Shown one piece after another: positions 11,646 to 21,836 of a stretch of DNA of 64,000 bases (position 1 is its first letter; each line of letters opens with the position of its first letter). The stretch is from an uncultured Methanosarcinaceae archaeon (lineage in GTDB: Archaea; Halobacteriota; Methanosarcinia; Methanosarcinales; Methanosarcinaceae), in assembly GCA_963733675.1 (NCBI GenBank), contig CAVTET010000003.1, forward strand, positions 544,001 to 608,000, read 5' to 3'. The position numbers and the translations under genes were made by a program. The notes under the pieces were generated by a model. It had not been told where the DNA came from and made no database searches. It saw nothing but the letters and a program-made list of their open reading frames with translations.

Positions 11646-12804
11646 AAATTAAGAGAGGGAACTCTTCAGGCTAGCGTAAGCCAAATAAGAAACTAATCAT
11701 CTAATAAACCATCTAATTTAGTCATGTCAGAAGAAAATGATTTGTAGTCTCAGATTAAGAAATATAAGGCTCTTCGCTGTTTCGAGCGGATAATTTAAAA
11801 TCATTTTCTAAGTACGATACAATATATGTGATATTTGAAAACAGTTATTTAGGGACATCACATTCATTATCGACGTTTATTTATTTGTGGTTACTTCGAA
11901 ATTACAATAAATACTTCTACTGTTTAAAGTAATCGTTTGCACGAACTTGAAAATTAATTAATGCTTCTCTAGCAAAATAATAGGTATATTCTTCCTTCTC
12001 TGGCCCTGAAAGATGTCACAGGAATTGTATGAAAGAGCTGTAATTATTTGGATTTGATATATAAATATTGAGTTTTTGGTTCTATGTAGTCTTCGGTTGA
12101 TATCACATTTTGTTTTTGAAGGATGAGCACTCCAAGTCTCATTATCAAGATCTTGACCCGAAAACATTTATAGATCAAGCAAAGGAGTTTGAGGGATATG
12201 ATAAATAAACTAGATAAGGTAGCAAAAATATTGAGTGTCCTCGAACATACATATCCTTGGACAGTAATGAGATGTTCAGAACTCAATGCTTGGATAGATT
12301 CAGGTTCTATCAAGAATTGCTCACTAAACACAGCAACCCAATCCGACCAAAAAATGCATTCTTCATACATTGTGAGAAACCAGTTAAGAATGATGCGAAA
12401 TGATGTATTTTTTGCGATCCGAAATTAACGCAAAGACAGAATTTGAACGTTGAATTTATTATAAGTTTTTCAGTGTTTTTCTAATCTTGTATCTAAAGTT
12501 TCAGTAATTTTGGGTAATCTTAGAATTTGTTACGAAATAATTTAGGTAACACATCTTTATTTTGGAAAAAATAGATGGAATCGCTCATGAAAAATGGTTA
12601 AGTAGAGTGTAAAAATGTTTCTGAAAATTCTCTGTATCTAGAAAAATATAATTAAATTCTCAAATTAAATTTGAGATTTTGAGCTAATTTGAATCCTTTA
12701 AGTAAAAAAGCGAGTACAAATAAATAAGTATAAACATTTTAGTGGTTATATTCTTACTAAAAATAGGTACAGTTGATCTGAATTAATGTTCAGGGGGAAT
12801 TTTC

Positions 12805-13587
12805 ATAAAAATAGCGATAACCGGAAAAGGTGGCGTTGGAAAAACAACTCTTTCAGGTACTCTGGCTCGACTACTTGCAAGGGACGGATATGAGGTTCTG
12901 GCAATAGATGCAGATCCAGATATGAACCTGGCATCTTCTCTTGGGATAGATAACCCTCCAAGGCCCCTGACAGATTTTAAAGATCTTATTCAGGAAAGGG
13001 CAGGTACTGAAGGTGGGGCTTTTGTCTACAATCCGAAAGTGGATGACATCGCATTCAAATATGGATCATTAGGGCCAGATGGAGTAAGAATGCTCGTTAT
13101 GGGCACGGTGGACCGTGGAGGAAGTGGATGTATGTGTCCAGCTTCAGCATTTCTCAGGGCTCTTCTAAGGCATCTCATGCTTAAGGAAAAGAGTGCAGTA
13201 ATCCTAGACATGGAAGCAGGGATCGAGCATCTTGGAAGAGGCACTACTCGAGGAATGGATCTCATGATCGTGGTAGTAGAACCAGGGGCAAGATCCCTTG
13301 AAACAGCTGAGAGAATTAAAAATCTCTCCTCCGAAATAGGGATAAAACACCTTGCTGCTGTTATCAACAAAGGAGGTTCCGAGAAAGTTAATGAAAGACT
13401 TGAAGAGTTGGGTATTGAGGTTCTTGGAGAAATACCCTTTGATCCAAAGCTGATGCAGGCAGATCTGGAAAAACGAGCTCCAATTGAGGTAGGTGGTAAA
13501 GCTGTGGATGCTATCGTAAAAATCAAGGGAAAAATTATTGAAGTAATTGAGGGTATCAGAAAAGAAAATGTAGGGGAGAAAAAGTAA
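12805..13587 (+). CDS. cooC: CooC/AcsF-type nickel-insertion ATPase (MinD-like)
   Basis: Frame extends upstream of the tracked ATG to (ATA)KIAITGKGGVGKTT; also DADPDMN, GCMCP and DMEAGIEHLGRGT; no canonical start codon before the Walker A motif. Confidence 0.88.
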   Translation: MKIAITGKGGVGKTTLSGTLARLLARDGYEVLAIDADPDMNLASSLGIDNPPRPLTDFKDLIQERAGTEGGAFVYNPKVDDIAFKYGSLGPDGVRMLVMGTVDRGGSGCMCPASAFLRALLRHLMLKEKSAVILDMEAGIEHLGRGTTRGMDLMIVVVEPGARSLETAERIKNLSSEIGIKHLAAVINKGGSEKVNERLEELGIEVLGEIPFDPKLMQADLEKRAPIEVGGKAVDAIVKIKGKIIEVIEGIRKENVGEKK

Positions 13588-13709
13588 GGCTGAAAACAGG
13601 CTTTCTTATTCTTCTTTCGACATTTCTGCAATTTTTGATAATGTATGCAGTTATCTTATAAACTACACTGCAATTCTTTTTTGATTTATACTTTACAGCT
13701 AACTTTTGG

Positions 13710-14200
13710 TTACACAATTTTTAAGATATTTGAAACTGATTTGAAGATATTATTAGGATTGTTAGACAAAGTTCCTTTTTTATACCTAAATCTTAGAAGC
13801 TTCAACTTTTTCTTGATAAGATTATCATTCGGATATATTTCAGTTGCTTTGTCAATCCATTCAATCGCTTTCTCCCATCTTCTAAGATTTTCCAGGGCTG
13901 GTCCATTCTGATAGCAATAAAACAAATATTCAGGTTTTGCTTTTAGGACTTCGTTATAAAATTTAATCAACTTTTTAACTTGTTTAATTTAATGAAGGAA
14001 AAATCCTTGAGGCACTGAATCCAAGGTTTTCAGGATCAATTTGAAGAGCTCTGCAATATAACGGTAAGATTCTCCATTGATCTTCCTTGGGACTGCTAGT
14101 CTCAATGCTGATTTCTTTTTTGGGAATGCTCCCCTGACTCTGCTTCTTCCATATTTCGTGTGGAGAAACTTCGCAGGTAAGATTCAACAACATAGTTAGA
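13710..14200 (-). pseudogene. TPR-repeat protein fragments
   Basis: Two broken frames with YCRALQIDPEN and ALENLRRWEKAIEWIDKATEIYPND. Confidence 0.6.
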
Positions 14201-14677
14201 ATTGATTTTTAACTCTAGAATACTTGTCAAAATATCTGTTATAAAAGGGGAACTCGTGGAATTGAGGCTTTGATAATTTGAGTTCTACATATTTAGTTCG
14301 GAGATTTCGTGGTTTGTAGTTGTTTATGCTAGCTTTTTTGAAATTGGTCCTCTCATAAAGTTTATCACCATATTGAAGAAGAGCTTTCGATTTCGTTACA
14401 GGGTTTAAAAATCAAGTAATTAGATGGCAAATTCCGTTTTCCTAATCGAAAAGATAATCTTTTATGAGTAGAAGATGTTGAACATTGGTTCTGTATATTT
14501 TTTGTGATGGGAGAGAAAGGATTCAAGTAAATTAGACTTCACAGAACTTTTGATATATTATCTAACTTTTCAAAAAAAGTAATGCTATTAAATGAATTTG
14601 GATGAAATTTCACGGTTTTTTTTCAAAACGATCAAAAAAAATCAAAAAAATTCGAAAGATACTTGTATTATAAAAAT

Positions 14678-15031
14678 TCAATCCAGACATTCTGAATTAT
14701 TATAAGAATTTCTGACCCGAGTAGCGATTTCTTCCCCCAATCTTTCAGATACATTTCCTATAAAGAGATCTATGTACTCGATTGGTACGCAGCCCAGGCT
14801 TTCTTCGTCTAATATAATGAGCCTTACAAGGTATTCAAGATCCGATTTAGATAGTAACTTTATTCTTGCCAGGAAATCGGCTGCGTTTTTCGAATAATGA
14901 TTTGCCAGAGGTGGGAGAATCGAACGATAGGTCATTCCTGAGCCTGAACAAAGATACCCCTTGCACTCTGGAGCAACTGTTTTCAGGATAGCAATATCCG
15001 TTTCTGAGAGTATTCTTGGCATGATAATCAC
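14678..15031 (-). CDS. Hypothetical protein (117 aa, Cys-containing)
   Basis: Clean ORF with a GGTGA RBS-like sequence at the start and protein-like composition. Confidence 0.7.
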   Translation of the reverse strand: MIIMPRILSETDIAILKTVAPECKGYLCSGSGMTYRSILPPLANHYSKNAADFLARIKLLSKSDLEYLVRLIILDEESLGCVPIEYIDLFIGNVSERLGEEIATRVRNSYNNSECLD

Positions 15032-15454
15032 CTTTTGATGAAGAATAGATACTCTGGTATTTCAGGGATTAAATAGGACTTTGATGAACTCCAATTTAGG
15101 GCGTTTGGCCATAATAACTCTCTACATTTTATTGAAATTGGAGTTATTTAGAAATTTTCTGTGATCTTATTGCAGAGATTTCGCTGAACAAAAGATGATT
15201 TTGCTTTTCTGCTATTTATAGTCCTCGCAGTAAAAATTAACACTTCCAAAAATTAGAAAAATGGATTTATAGCAAAGAGATATATTTCTTTATTAAACTT
15301 GAATACAAAATTGACCCACAGAAGAACGAAAAATGAAAGTTGACTCAAAAGTGGTAATCCAAATTGCTGACCTAAATTAAATTAAAAATAAGATAATAAG
15401 ATTGATGGGTAAAAATTGTGAAAATAATCTTTTTGAGGAAAGATCTGTAATGTA

Positions 15455-16566
15455 ATGAGTAGTCTTCGTTTTCCTGCGGTCCTGGGCGAGCTTTTTGGCG
15501 GCATCATTCTCGGTCCGACGGTTTTTGGATGGCTTAGTCCAAGTACTTATCGATGGTTATTTCCAGCATCTGGTGCTATTTTTGAGGGCAGAGATGCACT
15601 AATCAAAATTTGCATTCTTTTCTTTTTATTCATTGCAGGTCTGCAAATGAACCTAAAGCTCGTTAGGAACAGCGGCATTCACATAGCGTGGGCTAGCTTA
15701 ATGGATGTATTGTTACCGTTTACACTTGGCTTCTGTATGGTCGTCATGTTTCCGAATATGTGGGGGATATTTTAAGGGGGAAACATTTTTTTTCGCGATG
15801 TTCATGGGAACAGCGTTGTCAATATCAGCTCTCCCGGTTATTGCTAGAACTCTCATGGACCTAGACTTGCTGAATACAGATATGGGGATGATAATTATTG
15901 GGTCAGCAACAGTAAATGATCTGGTAGGATGGTCTTTATTTGCTTTTTATTCTGAGCAATTTCGCGCCTAATAGTATCATTAATATTTCTCCTTACATGA
16001 CTTTCATTCTAGTGCTTTTGCTGTTTGTTTTCATGCTCACTATAGGTCGTGTTCTGGCTCAGATAGCTCTTACATGGCTCAGGTCACATATGCCCTGGCC
16101 AGGGACCTTCCTTGGAATAACGACAATCCTTATATTGTTGACTTCAGCTTTTGTGGAAGCTATCGAGATACATGCTGTTTTTGGCGCTTTTTTGATAGGT
16201 CTTGCATTCTCCCAGATCCTAGAGAAACGGGATGAGGCACATGAGATAGTCTATCAGTTCGCCATGTATTTTTTTGCCCCACTCTACTTTGTTTCAATTG
16301 GTCTACAGGCTAATTTCGTGGCATCTTTTGACCCGATTCTTGTGCTGGTAGTTCTTTTAGTTGCATGTATAGGTAAGGTGCTCGGTGTGATGTTTGGCCT
16401 ATGTGTGAGCAAGATGCCGTGGAGGCAGTCTGCCGTAATAGGTTTTGCTTTGAACTCAAGAGGAGCAATGGATATGATATTAGCTACTGTTGCCAGGAAT
16501 GTGGGACTGATCAATGACCGCTTGTTTGTGGCTTTGGTTATCATGGCACTGGTTACATCCATCTAA
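15455..16566 (+). pseudogene. Cation:proton antiporter (CPA2/Kef-type), frameshifted
   Basis: Three consecutive frames carry PAVLGELFGGIILGP, SISALPVIARTLMD and FFAPLYFVSIGL...RGAM; the N-terminus appears truncated. Confidence 0.88.
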
Positions 16567-16710
16567 GCGGCCTGATAATTAAGACATTAAATGCTTTTGA
16601 TCTTTCTATGGCTTAAACACTATAAAATTTCTCGATAATAGATGCATATTTTTCATTTTTGGTTTTAGTTTGCTCTGATTTTGGATTATCAAAGGCCTCA
16701 AAGACCGTAA

Positions 16711-16747
16711 ATGACAGCAATCTTTAATCCCAAAAGGTTGCTGTCAT
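16711..16747. repeat. Inverted repeat/hairpin
   Basis: ATGACAGCAATCTTT...AAAGGTTGCTGTCAT downstream of the antiporter pseudogene. Confidence 0.6.
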
Positions 16748-17094
16748 GATCCGTGTGGCTGTAATACTTTTCTTGCATTTAATCTGCATGTAATCGGTAG
16801 AAAATGGTATATTTCTCTAAACTATAGAACAATCAAATTATCAAAAACGTATACAAAAATTCTAAAATTTTTATTTTTACAGTGGAAATGAAGTGGAAAT
16901 CAAATACTGTAAACATTGTAATTTAATCAAAAAAGATCAAAGGGGCTATAGCAGATTTTACTGATAATTATGCACGTTGCCAATCATAATAGGTCACTTA
17001 GATATTTCAGATATTTTTTGCCGCAAAATGTAGGTTTTAATATTATCAATGAGCATTGTATAGCGTCAGTTCACAATTGTGACTCAGCATTGCT

Positions 17095-17166
17095 ACTAGG
17101 ATGAAAGAAATGCTACGCAATGGACTTTGGATCCATTTCATCCTGATACGATTCTGATCTATGGCT
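17095..17166 (+). pseudogene. Degenerate tRNA-Cys paralog (anticodon position TTG)
   Basis: Ungapped 72-nt alignment to the tRNA at 17988 gives about 51/72 identities by hand count; anticodon stem pairs, acceptor and T stems are broken. Confidence 0.8.
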
Positions 17167-17987
17167 TAAAAGTTTTCTCACGTGGCTCAAAAGTATCTAC
17201 CCTCTTTGTGCATACAAAATTATTAGAATAGAAGAAAACATTTGGAAGAAACTTTTGTATATAAGCTGAAAACTTGTGAATCGATCTCAAAATAAATCCC
17301 CAGTTTAGTGGGAAATCTTAAATCAATAGATGTATTCAAAAGATAGATGTGTTAAAAATTCAAAGGACAGGCTTTTGAACATTTTTGAATTGTATTAATT
17401 GCATTCAATCTAATTGCATTAATTGCATTTAATCGCATCATTACTGAGTCAATGAGCCTAAAAAGGAAGTTCAAATGTAAAGGAGGTTCAAATAAAGGAG
17501 GTTTAAATCTAAATGATAATAGCAAATTGAAGTTTCATGATTCTAAAGCATATTTTGTCAGTCACAAATGTGGCTTAATTCATAAAGTATGGAAACATCG
17601 ATCGTGTATGGTATCTAAATAGACTCAATTTTGTTCTTATCTCTAACAACTTCTTAAATATTTGCAATATTAGATTTGAACAAAATAATATTATTTGAAG
17701 TAATCTAATTTATATAATACATTTTCTGCAGAAATTCACAATTCACAATATGGTAATAGATTAAAAACTCATACAATCCCAAATAAAAAGGATTGAAAAA
17801 ATTCGCAAATAGATAATGATTGTGGATAATCGGATATTCTTTGAACATGCTTCATTACTCCTTTCATGTGTGTTAACAAAACAAAATTTGAAAATGTCTG
17901 CAGTATAATTAAATGTCTTTGGAATCTCAGCAGAAGATTGGGCATTAATCAATGGCTTAAAATTATAAATGAACGCTGAGAATGAAT

Positions 17988-18059
17988 GCTAAGATGGCGG
18001 AAAGGCTATGCAGTGGACTGCAGATCCATTTCATCCCGGTTCGATTCCGGGTCTTAGCT
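17988..18059 (+). tRNA. tRNA-Cys (GCA)
   Basis: Cloverleaf: GCTAAGA/TCTTAGC acceptor stem, GTGGA-CTGCAGA-TCCAT anticodon arm, CCCGG-TTCGATT-CCGGG T arm; U73, G37; TTATAAAT box upstream; CCA not encoded. Confidence 0.95.
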
Positions 18060-18253
18060 TAGAGGTTTTCTCTGGACATAAAAATACAGAAAGCACCGAG
18101 ATGTTTTTGTTTTTATAAACTGCCCAGAATCCCTATAAAAACTCCAAAAAGTCGAACCAAAATAGAAAAAACGGGTCAAATACAGAAATTCGAGGAACAG
18201 ATTTTAACAGGATTCTCACGAAGAAAAAAATTATAGTAAATCGAAATCCTCTA
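18060..18253. mobile_element. MITE-like IS5 derivative abutting the tRNA 3' end
   Basis: Ends TAGAGGTTTTC...GAAATCCTCTA; internal part resembles 33265-33368, the end of the IS5 relic. Confidence 0.6.
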
Positions 18254-19141
18254 CAGTTCTTTATATATTACCTTAACACTTTGCATGGTCACAGAAGAAA
18301 TTACATAATTATTATTTTACTGAATAAATATTGATTAATTTTCAAGTAGTGACAAATGATAGCTGTAAACAGTTTGGGTACTATGGTAGTTAGTTAATGT
18401 CTAAACCACAAGACTTGTTTACTATTTTTGCCTATTTCAAATCACCAATTTATCGGGCTGGGAAATTGTCTAAAGGGCAATTTGACATCCATGATTCAAA
18501 TTCATATTTTAGCCTTCGATGACAATTCACTGATTAGTTTGGATGCAGTTTCCGAAATTTCTCGCTAGATCGATATAACTCTAAAAAATGTACTCAAAAA
18601 GTCACAAAATAGTTTAGCAGAGGTTATGCATAATTTCCAGTTTAGTAACTTTACAATAATTGAATTTTCTAGAGGCTATTACAAAAAATGGACTTAAGAT
18701 GTAAGGATGAAGTTTTTTCTTGTAAAATATTAGAAAAAGTTGTAAATGAATAGAAAAGTCATTTGGGAATCAGCAAATTATATTAATACTATCTTCATAA
18801 ATAAGTTTAAGTATAGCTTTAGAACATATATCTATTTTAAAAAATAAAATATAAATTTAAAATAGTTTTAAAGTGGTACTTTAAGCTGGAAGTTAATAAT
18901 ATTTTGATAGAAAATGTGGAAAAGCCTGGAAAAAAAGTAAATGTTTCCTGGTAGAATAGTAAATTTAAGAGGTCAATTTTTTAACTTGCTTACAAATATT
19001 ACAAAAATAATTTATATAAATTGGCTGCTGCTGGCGATCAAATACTTTCACTTCGCTTTCCAAATCATTATATTATGTGCCATATCACCTTAATGCGCCT
19101 CTCTATATATTTATCAATACCAAGAGGCTTGAGGTAGAACA

Positions 19142-20395
19142 ATGAGACAAAGTGCAGAATCTATTAGAGGTCGATTTTTAAAGCTTGGCATCGATGTGCC
19201 AATTGAGGACATTGAAAGCAGACTCGAAGAACTGGTTACGAACTTTAAAGTTCCATCCAATGAAGCCCAGCGTAGCGTGACTAATTATTTTTTGAAAAAA
19301 TATTCTATTCCCAAGAATGAGTTTTATGTGAGACAAGCTGAACCCCAACTTACCAAGATTACAGATCTCTCCGAGAATGGGCAATGGGCAAACCTTAAGG
19401 CAAAGGTTATCCAGCTATGGGAAAACACTCACGATTCCATATCTCAGGTCGGGCTCCTGGGGGATGAAACAGGAATTGTAAAGTTCACTGGATGGAAAAA
19501 TGCTGAATTGCCTAAGCTTGAGCAGGGGGAGAGTTACTTATTCAGGAGCATTGTCGTTGGTGAGTATAATGGCAGGTTTCAGGTCCAGCTTAACAGAAAC
19601 AGTTCAGTAGAAAAGCTAGCTGAAGTCATTGATGTGGTAGGCGGTGATTTCACACCAATTGCAAGGGAGTCCGAACTTAAAAACATTTCCGACCTTGTAG
19701 GGGGCCAGTGGGCTACAGTCAAAGGAAAAGTAATTCAACTCTGGGAGAACTCCCACGAATCGATTGAACAAGCAGGACTTCTAGGAGATCCTACCGGTGT
19801 TATCAAATTTACTAATTGGGCTAGTTCCGAAATTCCATACATGGAAGAAGGCAAAAGTTATGTTTTGAAAAATGTATTTGTCAATGAATGGGGCGGTAAG
19901 TCTCAGATTCAGCTTAGCAGGTCAAGTTCAGTAGAAGAGCTTGATGAAGATATCACAGTTGGTACATCTACTCTTACTTATTTCGGAGCAATGGTTGATA
20001 TTCAGACTGGTTCAGGTCTTATAAAACGCTGTCCTGAGTGCAAAAGGGCCCTTGTAAAGGGTGCCTGTGCAGAGCATGGGAAAGTTAAAGGAGAGTATGA
20101 TCTAAGGATAAAAGCTGTTCTGGATTCTGGAGCCTCAACTCAAGATATCCTAATTAACCGAGAACTTACCGAAGAGCTCGTTGGGATTTCTCTAGATAGT
20201 GCAATTGCAATGGCTGCAGATGCTCTTGATCCCGGGGTTGTGCTGGATAAATTGAAACATGAGCTGTTAGGCAGATACTATACTGTCAATGGGCACAAGT
20301 TTGATCGTTACATCCTTGCGAATTCGATTACTCAAAGTACCTCTCTAGATAGGGAGCTGATTGAGGAAATGTTTGCTGAATTGGAGGTGGATTAA
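19142..20395 (+). CDS. rpa: Replication protein A (two OB folds plus Zn finger)
   Basis: Repeated KVIQLWEN...GLLGD.TG..KFT units; CPEC...C..H zinc motif. Confidence 0.9.
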   Translation: MRQSAESIRGRFLKLGIDVPIEDIESRLEELVTNFKVPSNEAQRSVTNYFLKKYSIPKNEFYVRQAEPQLTKITDLSENGQWANLKAKVIQLWENTHDSISQVGLLGDETGIVKFTGWKNAELPKLEQGESYLFRSIVVGEYNGRFQVQLNRNSSVEKLAEVIDVVGGDFTPIARESELKNISDLVGGQWATVKGKVIQLWENSHESIEQAGLLGDPTGVIKFTNWASSEIPYMEEGKSYVLKNVFVNEWGGKSQIQLSRSSSVEELDEDITVGTSTLTYFGAMVDIQTGSGLIKRCPECKRALVKGACAEHGKVKGEYDLRIKAVLDSGASTQDILINRELTEELVGISLDSAIAMAADALDPGVVLDKLKHELLGRYYTVNGHKFDRYILANSITQSTSLDRELIEEMFAELEVD

Positions 20396-20968
20396 ATGAC
20401 AGGCTTTTATAGGGAAGTGGCTCGCAGGGTATTTTCTCAGGAGCTGAAAGATTCTAACTTGGCTTCGAGGGACGAGAACGATCAGTATGCTCCTCAGTAC
20501 GTTCTGACTCCAACAGGAGCTAAAGTAAATCGCATCTTCCTTGTCGGCACACTTATCGAAAAAGAAGATATTGGAACTGATTCTGAATACTGGAGGGGTA
20601 GAATTTCAGATCCTACCGGCTCCTTTTTGGTCTATGCCGGACAGTACCAGCCCGAAGCATCTCAGTTCCTTGCTGACTGTGAACTGCCCGCTTTTGTGGC
20701 AGTTGTGGGCAAAACCAGTACCTACACTACAGATGACGGAAATGTCCTGACATCCATCCGCCCCGAATCCATTCAACAGGTAAACGAGCTTACTCGCGAC
20801 CTCTGGGTGCTAGACACTGCGAAGCAGACTCTTGAGAGAATAAGAGCAGTTGAGGCAGAAGAAGATCCAAACTCAAAACTTGCAAAAGAACACTATTTTA
20901 CTAAAACTGACTTTTACCGTGCAATGGTTAAAAAGGCTCTTGAGTCCCTAAAAGAAAGTAAGTATTAA
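20396..20968 (+). CDS. RPA-associated OB-fold protein (COG3390-like)
   Basis: REVARRVF, PTGAKVNR and DPTG.F.VYAGQYQPE; directly adjacent to rpa. Confidence 0.85.
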   Translation: MTGFYREVARRVFSQELKDSNLASRDENDQYAPQYVLTPTGAKVNRIFLVGTLIEKEDIGTDSEYWRGRISDPTGSFLVYAGQYQPEASQFLADCELPAFVAVVGKTSTYTTDDGNVLTSIRPESIQQVNELTRDLWVLDTAKQTLERIRAVEAEEDPNSKLAKEHYFTKTDFYRAMVKKALESLKESKY

Positions 20969-21049
20969 TCATATGGCAGCCGAACTTAGGTGAGAAATAC
21001 CCCTAATTTTCCCCAAATTTTGATATTTCTTTTCCCATTACTTTGGGAG

Positions 21050-21302
21050 TCTGAGGTCATGAATACCTCATATTTTGGGTAGGGGATGAAGTGAACTATT
21101 GCATCTTTATGTTTTTATTTAATTCTCAAAATCGCTTCTTTGTAAAATGAGTTTGTTTTTGGCACCATTGTAAGGAATGGTGTCAATTATCCCTGACAGG
21201 GATGTTATATAGGTTGGAATAAAACATCTTAAGATACGGGCATGGTTAGTATCACTTGTCACATAGTGTTGGTGCATGATTGTCGATACTATATATTCTA
21301 GA
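21050..21302 (+). mobile_element. IS200/IS605 relic (end hairpins plus tnpA N-terminal fragment)
   Basis: GAGGTCATGAATACC...GGGGATGAAGTGAAC and TGTCAATTATCCCTGACAGGGAT end-like motifs; broken frame GHG..ITCHIVLV..CRY resembles Y1 TnpA YHIV...KYR. Confidence 0.5.
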
Positions 21303-21423
21303 TGATTTCGATTTGCCTCTAGTTTATTTTTTTGGGGAAATCTTTTTTGTTTTCTGTCTAAAATATATAGACCTTATGAGGTTTAATTGGGTAAAGAAGA
21401 ATTAAGCATTTAAACCGACATTG

Positions 21424-21505
21424 TGCAGATGTGTACATAAGTAAAATTTGTTTGCCTATTTGTCTACTATTATGATTGAGAGTCATATTGATTTTTAAGT
21501 TACTG
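21424..21505. repeat. Dispersed repeat similar to the IS110 downstream non-coding end (copy 1)
   Basis: GCAGATGTGTACA...AATTTGTTTGCCTATTTGTCTACTATT; compare 28004, 37801 and 63417. Confidence 0.7.
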
Positions 21506-21836
21506 TCACTGCATAAGTCTTATGGGATTAAATGATTTAAGTATGTATTTAATTCTCACTTACCTTTGGAAGTATTGGCATCTCTCTCACAGAGATGGTT
21601 TTTGTTCCTCCCTCCAAACATTTATGTGCAAGCTTTTAGGTTCCTTTTTGGCGATCTCCAAATTCGAGACTTTTTAATATTCTATTTTTATCGAGAAAAT
21701 TCAATTATTCCCTAATTCTGCGACTTCAATACATATCAAAGGATCAAAAATTAATAAAAAGTCTATCAAATTTCTTCCCAGAAGAAGATTTTTTGCATTG
21801 ATTCTTTCATTTCCATCATTTTTTCTTTCTCCCGAG

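Noticed and set aside
11950-12430. Overlapping short ORFs; faint beta-CASP-like fragment (PIRPKNAFFIHCE)
   Set aside because: Similarity too weak; probably decayed DNA that cannot be assigned by eye
17385-17512. CRISPR-like repeats
   Set aside because: Units are 9-15 bp with almost no spacers, and there are no cas genes
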